A DNA stretch of 64,000 bases from a virus (IMGVR_UViG_3300037310_000404:62998-126997); one strand, 5' to 3'; shown: positions 28,724 through 39,022, counted from the stretch's first letter. The notes: generated from the sequence alone by a model not told the origin. Translations and numbers: made by a program.

Positions 28724-29311
28724 ATGCCGACTATCAAAGAAAAAATAAACGATTTTATCGAAGATGTAAACTATAGGATTGAATCATATGGTGTTTTTGA
28801 TACATTTATTGAACGACCGTTTAGAGCCGCCGTAGTTTCCCCGGTTAAAAAAATCATAAAAATTCTAGCATGGATTCCAATCTTGTGGGAAGATCGAGAC
28901 TGGGACGATTCTAGTGTTTTATACCTATTAAAATATAAGATTATGCGCATGCGCAAAGAAATAGCGAATGGTTACGGTGCCGAAGACTGGAAACAGGAAC
29001 GCTTGGCCGAAATGGACGCTACTTTATCAGTTGTTCAAAAAATCATTGACGGAGATTTTGCAAAATCAGAAAGAGCTGAGCACGCTGAGAAATATGGAGA
29101 AATAAATTTTAGAAGCGAGCCCACTGATAATCCGAAATGGCGTAGAGGTATAATATCCTATAGCAAAATTGACCCAAATGATTCTGAAAAAGCCGAACAG
29201 GCCAGGCAGGAATCGTTTGTAATTTCTCAAGTCGAAGAACTTAGGGAGACCGAAGCGTATAATGAGCTTTTCAAATTATTAGCCCAAAATCTTAGAAAAT
29301 GGTGGGACTGA
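28724..29311 (+). CDS. Hypothetical protein
   Basis: 195-aa ORF. Confidence 0.75.
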   Translation: MPTIKEKINDFIEDVNYRIESYGVFDTFIERPFRAAVVSPVKKIIKILAWIPILWEDRDWDDSSVLYLLKYKIMRMRKEIANGYGAEDWKQERLAEMDATLSVVQKIIDGDFAKSERAEHAEKYGEINFRSEPTDNPKWRRGIISYSKIDPNDSEKAEQARQESFVISQVEELRETEAYNELFKLLAQNLRKWWD

Positions 29312-29313
29312 TA

Positions 29314-29535
29314 ATGACGTTTAGCGCAGCGTATAACGAGGGAGATATTCTTCAGTTAATAACAATTAATAATTATGATTTGAGAAACCCGCATCTTTAC
29401 AAGGTGATACAAGCTGACAAGGTAAAAAATTGTTATACGCTAAGGGATATGCAAACTCAGGAACAACAGCCTCCGTATTCGAAAGAGGTTTTAGATGTTA
29501 ATTTTGAAAAAGTTCAAAAAACAAGAACGGTTTAG
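29314..29535 (+). CDS. Hypothetical protein
   Basis: Coupled ORF. Confidence 0.6.
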   Translation: MTFSAAYNEGDILQLITINNYDLRNPHLYKVIQADKVKNCYTLRDMQTQEQQPPYSKEVLDVNFEKVQKTRTV

Positions 29536-29577
29536 GTTATTTTTGATATAATTAAATTAACTCATTTAGAGGACTGC

Positions 29578-30087
29578 ATGAAAAAGTTTTTAATGGTTGT
29601 TCTTGCTCTTTCGATTTCGGCTCTTGCTTCGGCTTCATGGAGCGATTACAGGTCGGCATCCACAGAAGCTCGCAGATATTTAAGCCAACTGCAAGCAGAA
29701 ACAAACACAGCAACCGCGCTGTCATCTCTAGAGGGTGTCGTTGCGGCCTGTGAGGCAACAGCTGTAGAGGCAAAGAAACTCGGCAGACCGGACATTGCAA
29801 GTTGGGCATATAACAACGCCGCATATGCCAACATAGTTGCGTTTAAGAAGGCTTGCAACTACACGAGTATGAATACTAAGATCGAATCCCTAGATCCAAA
29901 ATGCGAAGATAGAAAAATCTTGTTGAGGCAGCTGCAGGATCTTTACAGGACCAATTTGCATCTTCTGGATTCTGCCGACAAATATCTTGAGTCTGCATCG
30001 GCTCTGTCAAGTGTTTCCGCAGCAAAAGTGGAATCAAATCGTGGATTTATCAGCGATGTAAGGAAGTTCATAGAAATAACATTTTAA
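29578..30087 (+). CDS. Secreted helical hypothetical protein
   Basis: Signal peptide MKKFLMVVLALSISALASA. Confidence 0.7.
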   Translation: MKKFLMVVLALSISALASASWSDYRSASTEARRYLSQLQAETNTATALSSLEGVVAACEATAVEAKKLGRPDIASWAYNNAAYANIVAFKKACNYTSMNTKIESLDPKCEDRKILLRQLQDLYRTNLHLLDSADKYLESASALSSVSAAKVESNRGFISDVRKFIEITF

Positions 30088-30100
30088 CTCAGGAGAGGTT

Positions 30101-30406
30101 ATGAATCACGTAAAGCTATTGATCGAGGAAAAGTCTGGAGAGCTCGTCAACACGTTTGGCTTTGCTTACACAGACAAGTCGCAGGAAGTAAAGTGGGTTG
30201 ACAGCGCCGTTGTTGCCACACGCAGCAAGGACAATAAGTGGAGCTACAAGGTTGGCTCAAAAGTCGGCACATTGTCCGAAGAGCAGTATGCCACCTTTAA
30301 GCATTTGCTTGAGAAGGTCACGCAGTACGTCGAAACCAACGGGATGAATCTTGCTGGTATTAAGGTAGAGAAGCCAAAAGCCGATGCCGAAAAAGCTGCC
30401 AAGTAA
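30101..30406 (+). CDS. Hypothetical protein
   Basis: SD AGGAGAGG. Confidence 0.75.
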   Translation: MNHVKLLIEEKSGELVNTFGFAYTDKSQEVKWVDSAVVATRSKDNKWSYKVGSKVGTLSEEQYATFKHLLEKVTQYVETNGMNLAGIKVEKPKADAEKAAK

Positions 30407-30731
30407 CCAGCTGCCGGACGTAGATAAAAAAGCGTTCATCATAGATAGTAGCAAAGATGAGACAGATAGATTACTTGATCTATTTAGATTAGCTGGCAAA
30501 AATGTAGAAAATATAGGCAGCATATTTGTCATGCTAGTCGAAAACGCTCCCGTGCCGGACAGCCTAGAGATAGACTCAACGGTTGGGGGCGATTTTGTTT
30601 ATGTGTATACCGATGATGATTCTAGGCTGTTGTTGAATCAGCTTGATACATGCGTTTATGACCCGGTATACAAAAGAGTTATAGGTAGCATTGTAAAGAC
30701 AGAGCTCCTATTAGGGAAAAAAGCATTATGA
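30384..30731 (+). CDS. Hypothetical protein
   Basis: 115-aa ORF; start uncertain. Confidence 0.6.
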   Translation: MPKKLPSNQLPDVDKKAFIIDSSKDETDRLLDLFRLAGKNVENIGSIFVMLVENAPVPDSLEIDSTVGGDFVYVYTDDDSRLLLNQLDTCVYDPVYKRVIGSIVKTELLLGKKAL

Positions 30732-31537
30732 GCACAAAGCCTCAATCAATATCTATATCCGAAAGAATGAAGACATACTACGAGCACCGCACAAGGGCGT
30801 ATTTGCCCCGCAGGTCTTATTCCATATTGAGACTAGACGGGCGCTCATTTCATAACTTTACAAAAACCATCGGAGCTGTAAAGCCATACGACCGAGACCT
30901 TATGAGCCGCATGGACCTTACGGCCAAATATCTTTGCGCCAACATACAGGGCGCTAAATTAGCATATGTCCAATCCGATGAGATTTCGATTCTTATGACC
31001 GATTTTGATGCTATACAAACGCAGGCATGGTTTGATGGCAATATCCAGAAGATCGTGTCCGTTTCCGCTTCGATGGCCGCAGGATTCTTTAATTCCATTA
31101 GCAAGGGAACATTCGGATCCAATCCATACGACAATGTTGAAAAGTATCAGGGAATGGATGTGAATGATTGGATCGTGGTAGCTGATAAAGAGCTAGCCGC
31201 TTTTGATGCTAGAGTGTTCACGATTCCAGACAAAGTAGAGGTTTATAATTATTTTGTCTGGCGTATACAAGATTGGGAATCAAATAGCTTACAGATGCTT
31301 GCCAGAAGCTATTACAACCAAAGCGATCTTCACGGCAAAAGCTGGGACGAGTTACAGTCTATGATCGTTGCTTCTGGCGGAGATTGGCACAAGCTCGATC
31401 CGGAACTTAAATACGGCAGAATCTGCAGCACTCGTCTGGGCGGCATGTGGGGAACCTATGCTGCTCCAGATCTTCATGATCCAAAACAAAAAGAAGAATT
31501 TAAAAAACTGATTCCGGAGCACGGCTATGAGCTCTAA
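30728..31537 (+). CDS. tRNA(His) guanylyltransferase Thg1-like protein
   Basis: RLDGRSFH, YVQSDEIS, WFDG.IQKI.S, FDAR, NYFVWR. Confidence 0.92.
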   Translation: MSTKPQSISISERMKTYYEHRTRAYLPRRSYSILRLDGRSFHNFTKTIGAVKPYDRDLMSRMDLTAKYLCANIQGAKLAYVQSDEISILMTDFDAIQTQAWFDGNIQKIVSVSASMAAGFFNSISKGTFGSNPYDNVEKYQGMDVNDWIVVADKELAAFDARVFTIPDKVEVYNYFVWRIQDWESNSLQMLARSYYNQSDLHGKSWDELQSMIVASGGDWHKLDPELKYGRICSTRLGGMWGTYAAPDLHDPKQKEEFKKLIPEHGYEL

Positions 31538-32186
31538 ACAATTATCCCCAGAACAACTTTATGAAGCCTGGGACACTCTTCCAGAGGACTTTAAAGAAGC
31601 AAATTATAGAGATGTTCTCAAGGCAATGGGTTTTGAAGATAATGATAATAATAGGAGCTGGTTCCATCAAATAGTAAAAACCAGCGAAGAGATAGAGGCT
31701 CTTAAGAAAAGGTGGGCCGAGCAGGATGAGAAGTGGGCAAAGGAGCGAGCCGAGCACAGAATTCTCATTGAGAAGCAAAAAGAAGTATTAGATGAACATA
31801 AGCAATTTAAAAAAGAAAGATACGAGCGCTATATAATTGGCATGACCAAGTCTCTTTGGTGGCAATGGCTTTTCCCGCCAAAAGATCCTGCATTGCGAGG
31901 CTATATACAAAGTCACTTGTGGGGATACAGGCTTCGTCGCTCCATAAAAGGCACCAGGTCTTTTATTTATGGGAAATTTAGGATACCGGAGAAAAAGTCA
32001 AGATTCTTAAATAAATGGAGAAAGAGCCCATTTTATTTTAATCCATTTATAAAGGGACACGTTATATTGTTTGGATATCAGGCTGCCCTAAGAAGCAGAT
32101 TAAGAGCATATAAAACAAAAAGGGAATTGGCGGCATTCTCAAAAAAGATGGAGAAGAAGCATGGAATCAAAAAAAATTCTTTATGA
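31527..32186 (+). CDS. Hypothetical protein
   Basis: 219-aa ORF. Confidence 0.7.
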   Translation: MSSKQLSPEQLYEAWDTLPEDFKEANYRDVLKAMGFEDNDNNRSWFHQIVKTSEEIEALKKRWAEQDEKWAKERAEHRILIEKQKEVLDEHKQFKKERYERYIIGMTKSLWWQWLFPPKDPALRGYIQSHLWGYRLRRSIKGTRSFIYGKFRIPEKKSRFLNKWRKSPFYFNPFIKGHVILFGYQAALRSRLRAYKTKRELAAFSKKMEKKHGIKKNSL

Positions 32187-32670
32187 TAATGAGTGGCTGT
32201 CCCTCATTGACTCTGACGGGTACATCTACTCCCATGAAGTCAAAGGGGACGGCAAGAAGGTGGCCATTCTAGTCGTTGATTCCCAAAATCCAGGGAAAGT
32301 TCTTGGGCGATATGAGAATACTCCGGCTCATGGTGACGGAATACAACTGGCATCGATAACTGGAACCGTTGAAGACGATGATCCGCTATCAACCGCCGTT
32401 ATGGAAACTGACGAAGAGGCCGGTTTTTTTGTAGATGAAGACGAGCTTATAGAGCTTGGAATAGTAAGGCCAAGCAAGAGCGCCGACACCACTTGCTATC
32501 TATATGCTGTTGACGTTGCCGGAAAAACCCAGCACGAGCCGGAGGGCGACGGTAGTTCTGGAGAACAGGGCGCTTATGTAAAATGGATTAGCGCCCAAGA
32601 TGCCGTTGAATGCAAAGACCCTCTTATGTCGGTCATGCTAATGCGCTACGCCCTAATGCAGGAGAAATAA
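32161..32670 (+). CDS. Nudix-family hydrolase
   Basis: GTVEDDDPLSTAVMETDEEAG (Nudix box with R>M). Confidence 0.7.
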   Translation: MESKKILYDNEWLSLIDSDGYIYSHEVKGDGKKVAILVVDSQNPGKVLGRYENTPAHGDGIQLASITGTVEDDDPLSTAVMETDEEAGFFVDEDELIELGIVRPSKSADTTCYLYAVDVAGKTQHEPEGDGSSGEQGAYVKWISAQDAVECKDPLMSVMLMRYALMQEK

Positions 32671-32957
32671 TTAGTCTCAAAATAGAAGTCGCAGATAACT
32701 ATGAAGCATTTGCTTCTAGGATTAAGTCGTTATACGCACTTGGATTTACTGCAGCATACCCGGCAGATAGATATGGCGTAGACGTCCCAGTACCGCACCT
32801 TGGATATAAGCTTCACCTTCAAGAAGATCCAGAAGACGGATTTCTGATCGAGCTTCCCATAACCAAGCTAAGAGAAGCATCAGAGGATACAAGAAAAAAG
32901 TACTTTAGTAGCGACAAAGGAAGAATGAATTTTCCGAAAGAAATCTCTACACAATAA
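32670..32957 (+). CDS. Hypothetical protein, possible ATT start
   Basis: SD AGGAG then TAATT overlap; the alternative ATG at 32610 overlaps the upstream gene. Confidence 0.5.
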   Translation: MSLKIEVADNYEAFASRIKSLYALGFTAAYPADRYGVDVPVPHLGYKLHLQEDPEDGFLIELPITKLREASEDTRKKYFSSDKGRMNFPKEISTQ

Positions 32958-32986
32958 AAAAAGAAATCTCTACACAATAAAAAAAG
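32937..32986 (+). repeat. Exact 23-bp tandem duplication
   Basis: aaagaaatctctacacaataaaa x2 plus aaag. Confidence 0.9.
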
Positions 32987-32997
32987 GAGCAAGTTAA

Positions 32998-33210
32998 ATG
33001 GCTGACGATGTTGATTTCGAAAAAGGCGAAGAGTCCGAGCAGATCTCGGAGCTAGTCTCTGAGCAGAAGTTTAAGGGCAGACCCGTATTGGTTCTAAAGA
33101 GAAGTGCTGATGACAAGTACCCATTTTCCATGGGTCTTGGAAAGTGCAAGCTCATTATCGATAATTACGAGGCCATTGAGGAGTTTGTTCAGCGCCACGG
33201 TGGCCAATAA
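32998..33210 (+). CDS. Hypothetical protein
   Basis: SD AAGGAG. Confidence 0.7.
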   Translation: MADDVDFEKGEESEQISELVSEQKFKGRPVLVLKRSADDKYPFSMGLGKCKLIIDNYEAIEEFVQRHGGQ

Positions 33211-33224
33211 TACACTAGGCGGCC

Positions 33225-33995
33225 ATGGCTGTTATCATTAAAACACCTAACCAGATAGAGCTAATGAGCCAGGCCGGTTCAGTGGTTGCAAAAGTATTAG
33301 ACAAAGTGGCTCAAAACTGCAAGTCTGGTGTATCGACATATTACTTAAACAAGATAGCGAATAGGGAGCTTCGTGAAAACGGGGCTCTTTCTTCTTTTTT
33401 GGGCTATTCTCCTCATCCGGGCGCAGTTCCCTATCCTGCCGTGATATGTGCCTCTGTGAATAGCGTCGTGGTTCATGGTATTCCGAATAAAGATATTATT
33501 CTTGCAGACGGGGATATCATAGGCATCGATTTCGCTTGCCATAAAGACGGATGGTGCGCCGACGCAGCCATCACGGTAGGGGTCGGAGAAATATCCACGG
33601 AAAGAAAAAAAATAATCCAAGCCACTAAGGAGTGCTTGGATATGGCAATTGAAAAGTGCGTGATCGGAAACACTCTGGGGGATATAGGTCACACAATTTA
33701 TGAGCACGCAAAGAAAAACAGTTTCGATGTCGTCAAAACATTCTCCGGCCACGGCATAGGGAAAAGCATGCACGAAGAGCCTTCGGTTTTTAACATTGGA
33801 AATCCTGGCGCTGGGATGAAGCTTGAAGAGGGAATGGTTATTGCCATAGAACCAATGTTGACAGCTGGCACGGACGAAGTTTTTATAGACTCTGACAAGT
33901 GGACAGTGAAAACCAAGGATGGACATGACTCGGCCCACTTTGAGCATTCAGTAGCAATAACTCAAAATGGGCCTAAGATTTTAACAGTTATTTAG
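33225..33995 (+). CDS. map: Methionine aminopeptidase type I
   Basis: SVNSVVVHGIP, DAAIT, GHGIG...HEEP, IAIEPM, SAHFEH. Confidence 0.96.
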   Translation: MAVIIKTPNQIELMSQAGSVVAKVLDKVAQNCKSGVSTYYLNKIANRELRENGALSSFLGYSPHPGAVPYPAVICASVNSVVVHGIPNKDIILADGDIIGIDFACHKDGWCADAAITVGVGEISTERKKIIQATKECLDMAIEKCVIGNTLGDIGHTIYEHAKKNSFDVVKTFSGHGIGKSMHEEPSVFNIGNPGAGMKLEEGMVIAIEPMLTAGTDEVFIDSDKWTVKTKDGHDSAHFEHSVAITQNGPKILTVI

Positions 33996-34980
33996 TTTTC
34001 TTTTTTTCGTCGTCATACTTTTCAAATCTAGCAACAATATCCTTAACAACAGCAGATCTAACAACGTCACTCTTATCAAAAGTTACAATAGACGTATACG
34101 GAGAGTCCTTCAGGATTTCTGCTACCGTATCCAGAGAATTCTTTTTGTTGAATGACAGATCCGATTGCCTAGAATCACCGCAAAATATTATTTTTGAATT
34201 TGGATGATCACCCAACCTGGTCAGCATTAGATAGAAATTTTTCAGCTCGACATTTTCGCTTTCATCTACGATTGTTATAACTCCCTCAAAGTTTCCAAGG
34301 GTAATACCACGGGCATATGCGATTGGCAAAATCTCTATAGCGCCCTTCTCTATATACTTATCTCTCTTTTCTTTACCTATTAGCTCCTCGAATATTGAAT
34401 TTATTGGGAGCAAGAAAGGGGACATTTTTTCATCTATATCTCCTGGAAGAAATCCGAAATCTTCAGAAGTAATAGCCGGTCTAGTAATGACTATCTTTTT
34501 AATCATTCTTTTTTCCAAGAACTTCAACGCAATTGCACAAGCCAAAAATGTTTTTCCAACGCCAGCCTCGCCATTGGCAAAAATGATCTGACGGCCAATG
34601 ACGCCATCGATCAATTGTTTTTGGTGCTCTGTTTTTGGTTGGATGGTATGAATTCTGTCGCCATCATTGAAGTCCAATTTATGCCAATTAGTTGATGGCG
34701 GAGCAGAGCCGGGGTAGGCTTTATTATGAAGAATGACATCGCCGATATCTTTTAGAGTCACAGCGTCACCCATGCTCGATAATCCATGAAACTTATTAAC
34801 GAGTTCGAGAGTAAGACCCTTATCGCCCTTGACTACAAGTAGTCCTACTCGATTTATATTAAACTTAATATTATATGCTTCTTCTATTTTTTTGAATACA
34901 TCGTCCTGTGGGTTATTTTGGTATATTTGTGTTATTATATCTTTTGTCTGCAGAGTTAACTTACGAGTTGATTTAGACAT
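33988..34980 (-). CDS. phoH: PhoH-like ATPase
   Basis: GEAGVGKTFLA, TRPAI, GFLPGD, IVDESEN, LTRLG, GDSRQSD. Confidence 0.93.
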   Translation of the reverse strand: MSKSTRKLTLQTKDIITQIYQNNPQDDVFKKIEEAYNIKFNINRVGLLVVKGDKGLTLELVNKFHGLSSMGDAVTLKDIGDVILHNKAYPGSAPPSTNWHKLDFNDGDRIHTIQPKTEHQKQLIDGVIGRQIIFANGEAGVGKTFLACAIALKFLEKRMIKKIVITRPAITSEDFGFLPGDIDEKMSPFLLPINSIFEELIGKEKRDKYIEKGAIEILPIAYARGITLGNFEGVITIVDESENVELKNFYLMLTRLGDHPNSKIIFCGDSRQSDLSFNKKNSLDTVAEILKDSPYTSIVTFDKSDVVRSAVVKDIVARFEKYDDEKKKTK

Positions 34981-35003
34981 CTATTGTCCGCTCCTGTATA
35001 TTA

Positions 35004-35438
35004 TCAGTCTATTGCGAAAGCGTCTATGCCGTGTCTGGCCAACTCCTCCTCTCGTAACGTGTAAGTCCTATCCGTAACCTTCTCAAATATATGTAATGGG
35101 TAGTTTGGTAAGAACTGACCCATCAATATAGCGTCGACGAGTATATGCTTAGTATGTTCATCTAGTTTATACACCGTAATGGCGCTAGAATTATATATAT
35201 GAATCCAACCCCTGTCTATCAACAAGTCCCTAAAAGAGTCGTAGCTCTTCCCTTCCAATTCCGACAAATTCGGTAAATCTTTGTGTCTGCTTTTTAATTT
35301 CCTATAATTTCTAATGAACCACTTGCCGTGCATGTCGAATTCGCTATTTAAAGGCAAAACATCGCCATCGGGGTCTATCCATCCCTTGTGGCCCCTTTGG
35401 ATACTCGAAATTGGTTCTCTATAAGATAGTCTAATCAT
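35004..35438 (-). CDS. Hypothetical protein
   Basis: 144-aa ORF starting MIRLS; GWIDPDG. Confidence 0.7.
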   Translation of the reverse strand: MIRLSYREPISSIQRGHKGWIDPDGDVLPLNSEFDMHGKWFIRNYRKLKSRHKDLPNLSELEGKSYDSFRDLLIDRGWIHIYNSSAITVYKLDEHTKHILVDAILMGQFLPNYPLHIFEKVTDRTYTLREEELARHGIDAFAID

Positions 35439-35492
35439 AATTAATTTTATATTTTTTTATTATGTCGCTACCATAATGAAATATAATAAAAG

Positions 35493-35885
35493 ATGGAGAG
35501 AGCGATGACGATACTGGTGGTCGATGATTCATTAACAATTAGGCATTTTCTAAAACTAATACTTTTAGAACTATTCCCAGAGTGCTCAGTGGTCGAAGCC
35601 GTTGACGGCAAAGACGCGTTGCATAGGATGACAGAGAATAAGATCGATCTTATTATTACTGATTTAGAGATGGGGAATCATGACGGTGAGGATTTTCTTA
35701 AAAAAATCTTATCTAATAAGATTTTAAAAAATAAGAAAATCATAATTTTCTCATCGCAGCAGGATTTTTTAATTAAATTTGATATACCTTTGAATGAAAA
35801 CATATCTTTTATAGATAAGGCAACGGCTCCGAATGCCATTAAAAAGCAAATTAAAGAATTTTACGATGGGATCGAAAAAAGTTAA
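35493..35885 (+). CDS. Stand-alone response-regulator receiver domain
   Basis: ILVVDDS, LIITDLEM, IIFSS, FIDK. Confidence 0.88.
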   Translation: MERAMTILVVDDSLTIRHFLKLILLELFPECSVVEAVDGKDALHRMTENKIDLIITDLEMGNHDGEDFLKKILSNKILKNKKIIIFSSQQDFLIKFDIPLNENISFIDKATAPNAIKKQIKEFYDGIEKS

Positions 35886-35937
35886 AATTTTATAAAAAAT
35901 CATTATAGAAAGTAATTAAATAATAAGGGGATTCAAA

Positions 35938-37287
35938 ATGTCATCCTATATAAAATCAATGATAAAATACCGGGCAGCTGTTAAATTAGCAGCTCAAGAA
36001 GCGGCTGAAGATGGTAATCCATATTTCGGCCAGGGCGTTATTAAATCGTTCGAAATTGGAGAAACTAGCATTTCTGGCGTTGATCTTGATAGGGCGAATA
36101 TTTCCGAGAAACTTAGTGTTATAGCCAAACGAAAAAAGGATGACACGGAAGGCTACTTTGAAGAGAGCTACTTAGAGCTAGATGGATTCGATGACGATGA
36201 GCCATTCGCATCCCCTCGTAGAACTAGATTATTTGATGACGAAGACGTTGATCTATCTGAGTTACATGAAGAAGACATTGCCGAGCACGGAATAAGCTCT
36301 CCGGAGCAAGATCCAGAATTTAAGAAAGTATTGGAACAAGATAAGACGTCAAGCCCGACTCAAGATAGAATCAATCTTATCAGAGAAAGAGCAGAAGCTT
36401 TAAGAAAAAAGAAAGAGATGGATGCGCAAGAAGCCTCGGTTCCAGCATTGCAAGAAGAGGTAATTGAGCAAGCCGAAGATGTAGCGCCTCAAGCTGGATC
36501 AGTTGCCGTAGAAAAGGATGAATCTCTTGAAGATGATGAGTCTGATGATGAGTCTGATGATGAGCTGGATGAGGTAGAAGAAATTGAATCTGGTGATAGC
36601 AAATCTGATGAGGACGAATTAGATGGCGAAGAAGAACCCAAAAAGCGTGGCAGAAAGAAGGGTCAAACCAGCGAAGGCAGACAGTTCGAGAGTGATATTC
36701 CGGTAATTGATGAACTCCGCATGGCTGCCTATGATATTGATTTTCTAAATAGCTATGGCATCAATGAGAAGAAGATGGATCAGATGTTCGACGTCCAAAA
36801 CTATATTGATCTTATTGCTAAGACAGATCCGAAAAAGGCAAGAAAGATACAATCATCTTCCGAAGAGCCGGAGCTTTGGGAAATGGCTGAGCCGCATATT
36901 GATGCCGCAAGCAAAGAAGAGAAGCGTGAAGTTGAAAACTTAATTGAATCAGCTTACAATAATTTAGCTAAATTAAAGATGGCAGAATCTGACTATGACG
37001 CAGAAAAGGCCGGTGCCAGCGATAAGAAATCTTTAAAAGCAAAAGAAAAAATCAAAAGCACAATTGAGAAGTTAAGGGATAATGAGGTTTCTACATTTAG
37101 TGGAATTGAATTGTTTAATAAGCTAGAAGCCGCATTCTTTAGAAAGTATTTTTCAAAGTTGCGTGACAAACTAGAAAAGAAAGCATCTGAGATCGAAGAA
37201 CGAGTAGAGGGTCTAAAAGAAAAGAAAGAAGAAGAAAAATCGGATCAGGAATTGGCGCAAAAAATACTTAAAAAAGAGAAACAATAA
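35938..37287 (+). CDS. Large acidic/charged hypothetical protein
   Basis: 449-aa ORF with DDES repeats. Confidence 0.8.
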   Translation: MSSYIKSMIKYRAAVKLAAQEAAEDGNPYFGQGVIKSFEIGETSISGVDLDRANISEKLSVIAKRKKDDTEGYFEESYLELDGFDDDEPFASPRRTRLFDDEDVDLSELHEEDIAEHGISSPEQDPEFKKVLEQDKTSSPTQDRINLIRERAEALRKKKEMDAQEASVPALQEEVIEQAEDVAPQAGSVAVEKDESLEDDESDDESDDELDEVEEIESGDSKSDEDELDGEEEPKKRGRKKGQTSEGRQFESDIPVIDELRMAAYDIDFLNSYGINEKKMDQMFDVQNYIDLIAKTDPKKARKIQSSSEEPELWEMAEPHIDAASKEEKREVENLIESAYNNLAKLKMAESDYDAEKAGASDKKSLKAKEKIKSTIEKLRDNEVSTFSGIELFNKLEAAFFRKYFSKLRDKLEKKASEIEERVEGLKEKKEEEKSDQELAQKILKKEKQ

Positions 37288-38102
37288 TGAAAAAGCAAGC
37301 AACAAGACCGATTCGGTTTACACCCGTCGAGCGCGAGCTAGTAAGAACACTCGCGCTAAATTCTGTTGTCAACATTAAGAAAGTATCCAAGGCTGCGATA
37401 GATGCGCTGTTATTCAGCGATCCGGCTATGCGTGGCGATATTATGATGGGACAAATTTTTTCTGATTTAAATATCGAAACCATTGCACAGATTACTACAG
37501 TAAAAAACAAAATATTCAATACTCTTATTTCAATAGAGGTTGGCGACGAGATCAAACCTGCTTATTCTGGCCCACTATACAGATTTTTAAACAACGCCGT
37601 GTCTGGAGCAAATGAGGAAAAGGGATTGGCGAGGGTTAAACTCTATCTGAATCCAGGAGTAGGCATTAGAGATATATATATTAATTCAGAAGAATTATTT
37701 GTAGCCATTCAGATAATCTTGTCGCACGAGATTAGTCATATTAAGGATGTCATTAGGCAAAGTGAAACAGATATCCATGGTGCAATGGACAAAGCCAAGA
37801 CAGAGGAAGAAAGAATTGATTTATTTAAGAAGTATATTAATGCCCCTTCCGAATTTAAATCGCGCCTCAAAGAAATTATCGTCCAACTTGATTACATCAT
37901 CAATCAAGATAAAATGAGGTATCTGAGCATATTTTGGAACAATACGCCGTCCGGAAGAGCCGTCATGATTGATAAGGTCCTGGCGCAATCACCGGCATGG
38001 ACAACCAACGAAGATATATTCACTGAAGAAAGTAAGAAAAAAGTAAGAAAGACTATTTACCAATATTTCTTAGATGAGCTAAACGAAGCAAGAAGCAACT
38101 AA
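37287..38102 (+). CDS. Hypothetical protein with HEXXH motif
   Basis: ILSHEISHIKD...PSEF. Confidence 0.55.
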   Translation: MKKQATRPIRFTPVERELVRTLALNSVVNIKKVSKAAIDALLFSDPAMRGDIMMGQIFSDLNIETIAQITTVKNKIFNTLISIEVGDEIKPAYSGPLYRFLNNAVSGANEEKGLARVKLYLNPGVGIRDIYINSEELFVAIQIILSHEISHIKDVIRQSETDIHGAMDKAKTEEERIDLFKKYINAPSEFKSRLKEIIVQLDYIINQDKMRYLSIFWNNTPSGRAVMIDKVLAQSPAWTTNEDIFTEESKKKVRKTIYQYFLDELNEARSN

Positions 38103-38384
38103 TTAAGAATTTGATTTTGGATTAAAACGCCCCTTTTGCATGGGGCGTTTTTCTTTTATCTGGGCGAAAACATAATTTTGCCTAAGCTCTGTCTTTTTGA
38201 TGGTGTGTTTTTTTGATGGATTCTTAACTTCACATAGAACACATTCGTCATTATTGATTTTTTCGATTACTAGTTCGGGCCCATATTTCTGCTTAGCTAT
38301 GTAATAAAACCAGCTCTGACCAATAAAGAAATCATTGGAGTCATCTTTTTTGTCTTTATTTAATAACCAATCAATTCTGCGCAT
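38103..38384 (-). CDS. Hypothetical protein
   Basis: 93-aa ORF. Confidence 0.55.
   Translation of the reverse strand: MRRIDWLLNKDKKDDSNDFFIGQSWFYYIAKQKYGPELVIEKINNDECVLCEVKNPSKKHTIKKTELRQNYVFAQIKEKRPMQKGRFNPKSNS
38124..38151 (+). terminator. Intrinsic terminator
   Basis: AAAACGCCCC/GGGGCGTTTT stem followed by a T-run. Confidence 0.65.
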
Positions 38385-38568
38385 ATCCGTCTGACCTGAA
38401 TTTCATAATCCCATACTTGATTTGATAGTGTAAATTTTCTGAGTTTGGCAGTTTTCCTACAACATTCTTATTGGCAATATCTAAGAATGCGGACTTCAGA
38501 CTTTCTGAATTCTTGATATAGAACACGCCACGAGATGCGTTATCATAATATAGAATTCTATACTCCAT
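38371..38568 (-). CDS. Hypothetical protein
   Basis: Start trimmed to ATG 38568 to avoid overlap with ssb. Confidence 0.5.
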   Translation of the reverse strand: MEYRILYYDNASRGVFYIKNSESLKSAFLDIANKNVVGKLPNSENLHYQIKYGIMKFRSDGYAQN

Positions 38569-38650
38569 GATATTTAGTATATCAATTAAGTTGAAATCCA
38601 GATTTTTTCTTGTATAATAAGGTAAATCACATATTCTTGCGGAGAACGAT

Positions 38651-39001
38651 ATGGCTAATTTGAACACTGTTGTTATTGCCGGAAGATTGACCAAGGATCC
38701 GGTATCAAGAACCGAAGATGCTCAAGTTGTTAATATGGTCGTTGCCGTAAACCATAGAACCAAGTCGCAACAAAGCGGCGAAGAAAAGGAGCACACTGAT
38801 TTTGTGCCAGTGTCTGTATTTGGACGTACGGCGGAATTGTGTGTTGAAAAACTAAAGAAAGGGTCTTCGGTATTAATTCATGGCCGAATTCGTTCACGCT
38901 CAAAAGAAGTCCGTGGAGAAAAGAAATTCTTTACTGAAGTAGTGGCTAAGAAAATTGATTTTTTAGATAGATACATCCATCGCCCAGACGAACAAAAGTA
39001 A
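38651..39001 (+). CDS. ssb: Single-stranded DNA-binding protein
   Basis: NTVVIAGRLTKDP, VAVN, FG..AE, KKGS.V.I.GRI. Confidence 0.92.
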   Translation: MANLNTVVIAGRLTKDPVSRTEDAQVVNMVVAVNHRTKSQQSGEEKEHTDFVPVSVFGRTAELCVEKLKKGSSVLIHGRIRSRSKEVRGEKKFFTEVVAKKIDFLDRYIHRPDEQK

Positions 39002-39022
39002 AAAGGCATAAAAAACTCAAAT

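Noticed and set aside
36532-36570. 12-bp tandem repeats (gatgatgagtct)
   Set aside because: Simple coding low complexity (DDES) in an acidic protein.
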